Assembly: GCF_947568905.1 (NCBI RefSeq)
Contig: NC_079164.1
Span: 14,012,001-14,076,000 of the forward strand
DNA length: 64,000 nucleotides
Reading direction: 5' to 3'
Origin: Ostrea edulis
Lineage: Eukaryota
Below, in pieces: positions 63,963 to 64,000 of this stretch; position 1 is the stretch's first letter, and each line of letters begins with the position of its first letter. A program made the position numbers and the translations under genes. Below the pieces are notes generated by a model that worked only from the letters and a program-made list of their open reading frames with translations, was not told the DNA's origin and searched no databases.

Positions 63963-64000
63963 AACTTTTTATCAATATTGTAGCCTCTCAGTCAGACAGC

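Overview
AT-rich eukaryotic genomic DNA, most likely a bivalve mollusc (oyster-like, inferred from the Helentron-type, SINE and Penelope repeat families). It is not prokaryotic and contains no CRISPR array. Three intron-containing genes were reconstructed by hand with GT-AG junctions and consistent phases. (1) A two-exon secreted coiled-coil plus fibrinogen-domain (FReD; FGL2/ANGPTL-like) gene, + strand, 5509-19426. (2) The 5' nine exons of a TMX3-like thioredoxin/PDI gene (WCGHC), - strand, 46708-33969; its 3' exons were not found in the window. (3) The 3' thirteen exons of a TRPM-family channel, - strand, 63361-52849, ending without a NUDT9-H or kinase domain. The rest is about 20 minisatellite arrays, Helentron-type non-autonomous elements, SINEs, MITEs, a Kolobok/THAP deletion derivative, RTE and Penelope remnants, and a 239-N gap. 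Most long ORFs in the supplied track are artefacts of the repeats. The most unusual observation is that three tandem arrays (possibly four) are built from a unit spanning a real exon-intron junction. They generate 23 decoy GTGAGT donors and 6 decoy acceptors in the TRPM gene and 4 decoy donors in TMX3.
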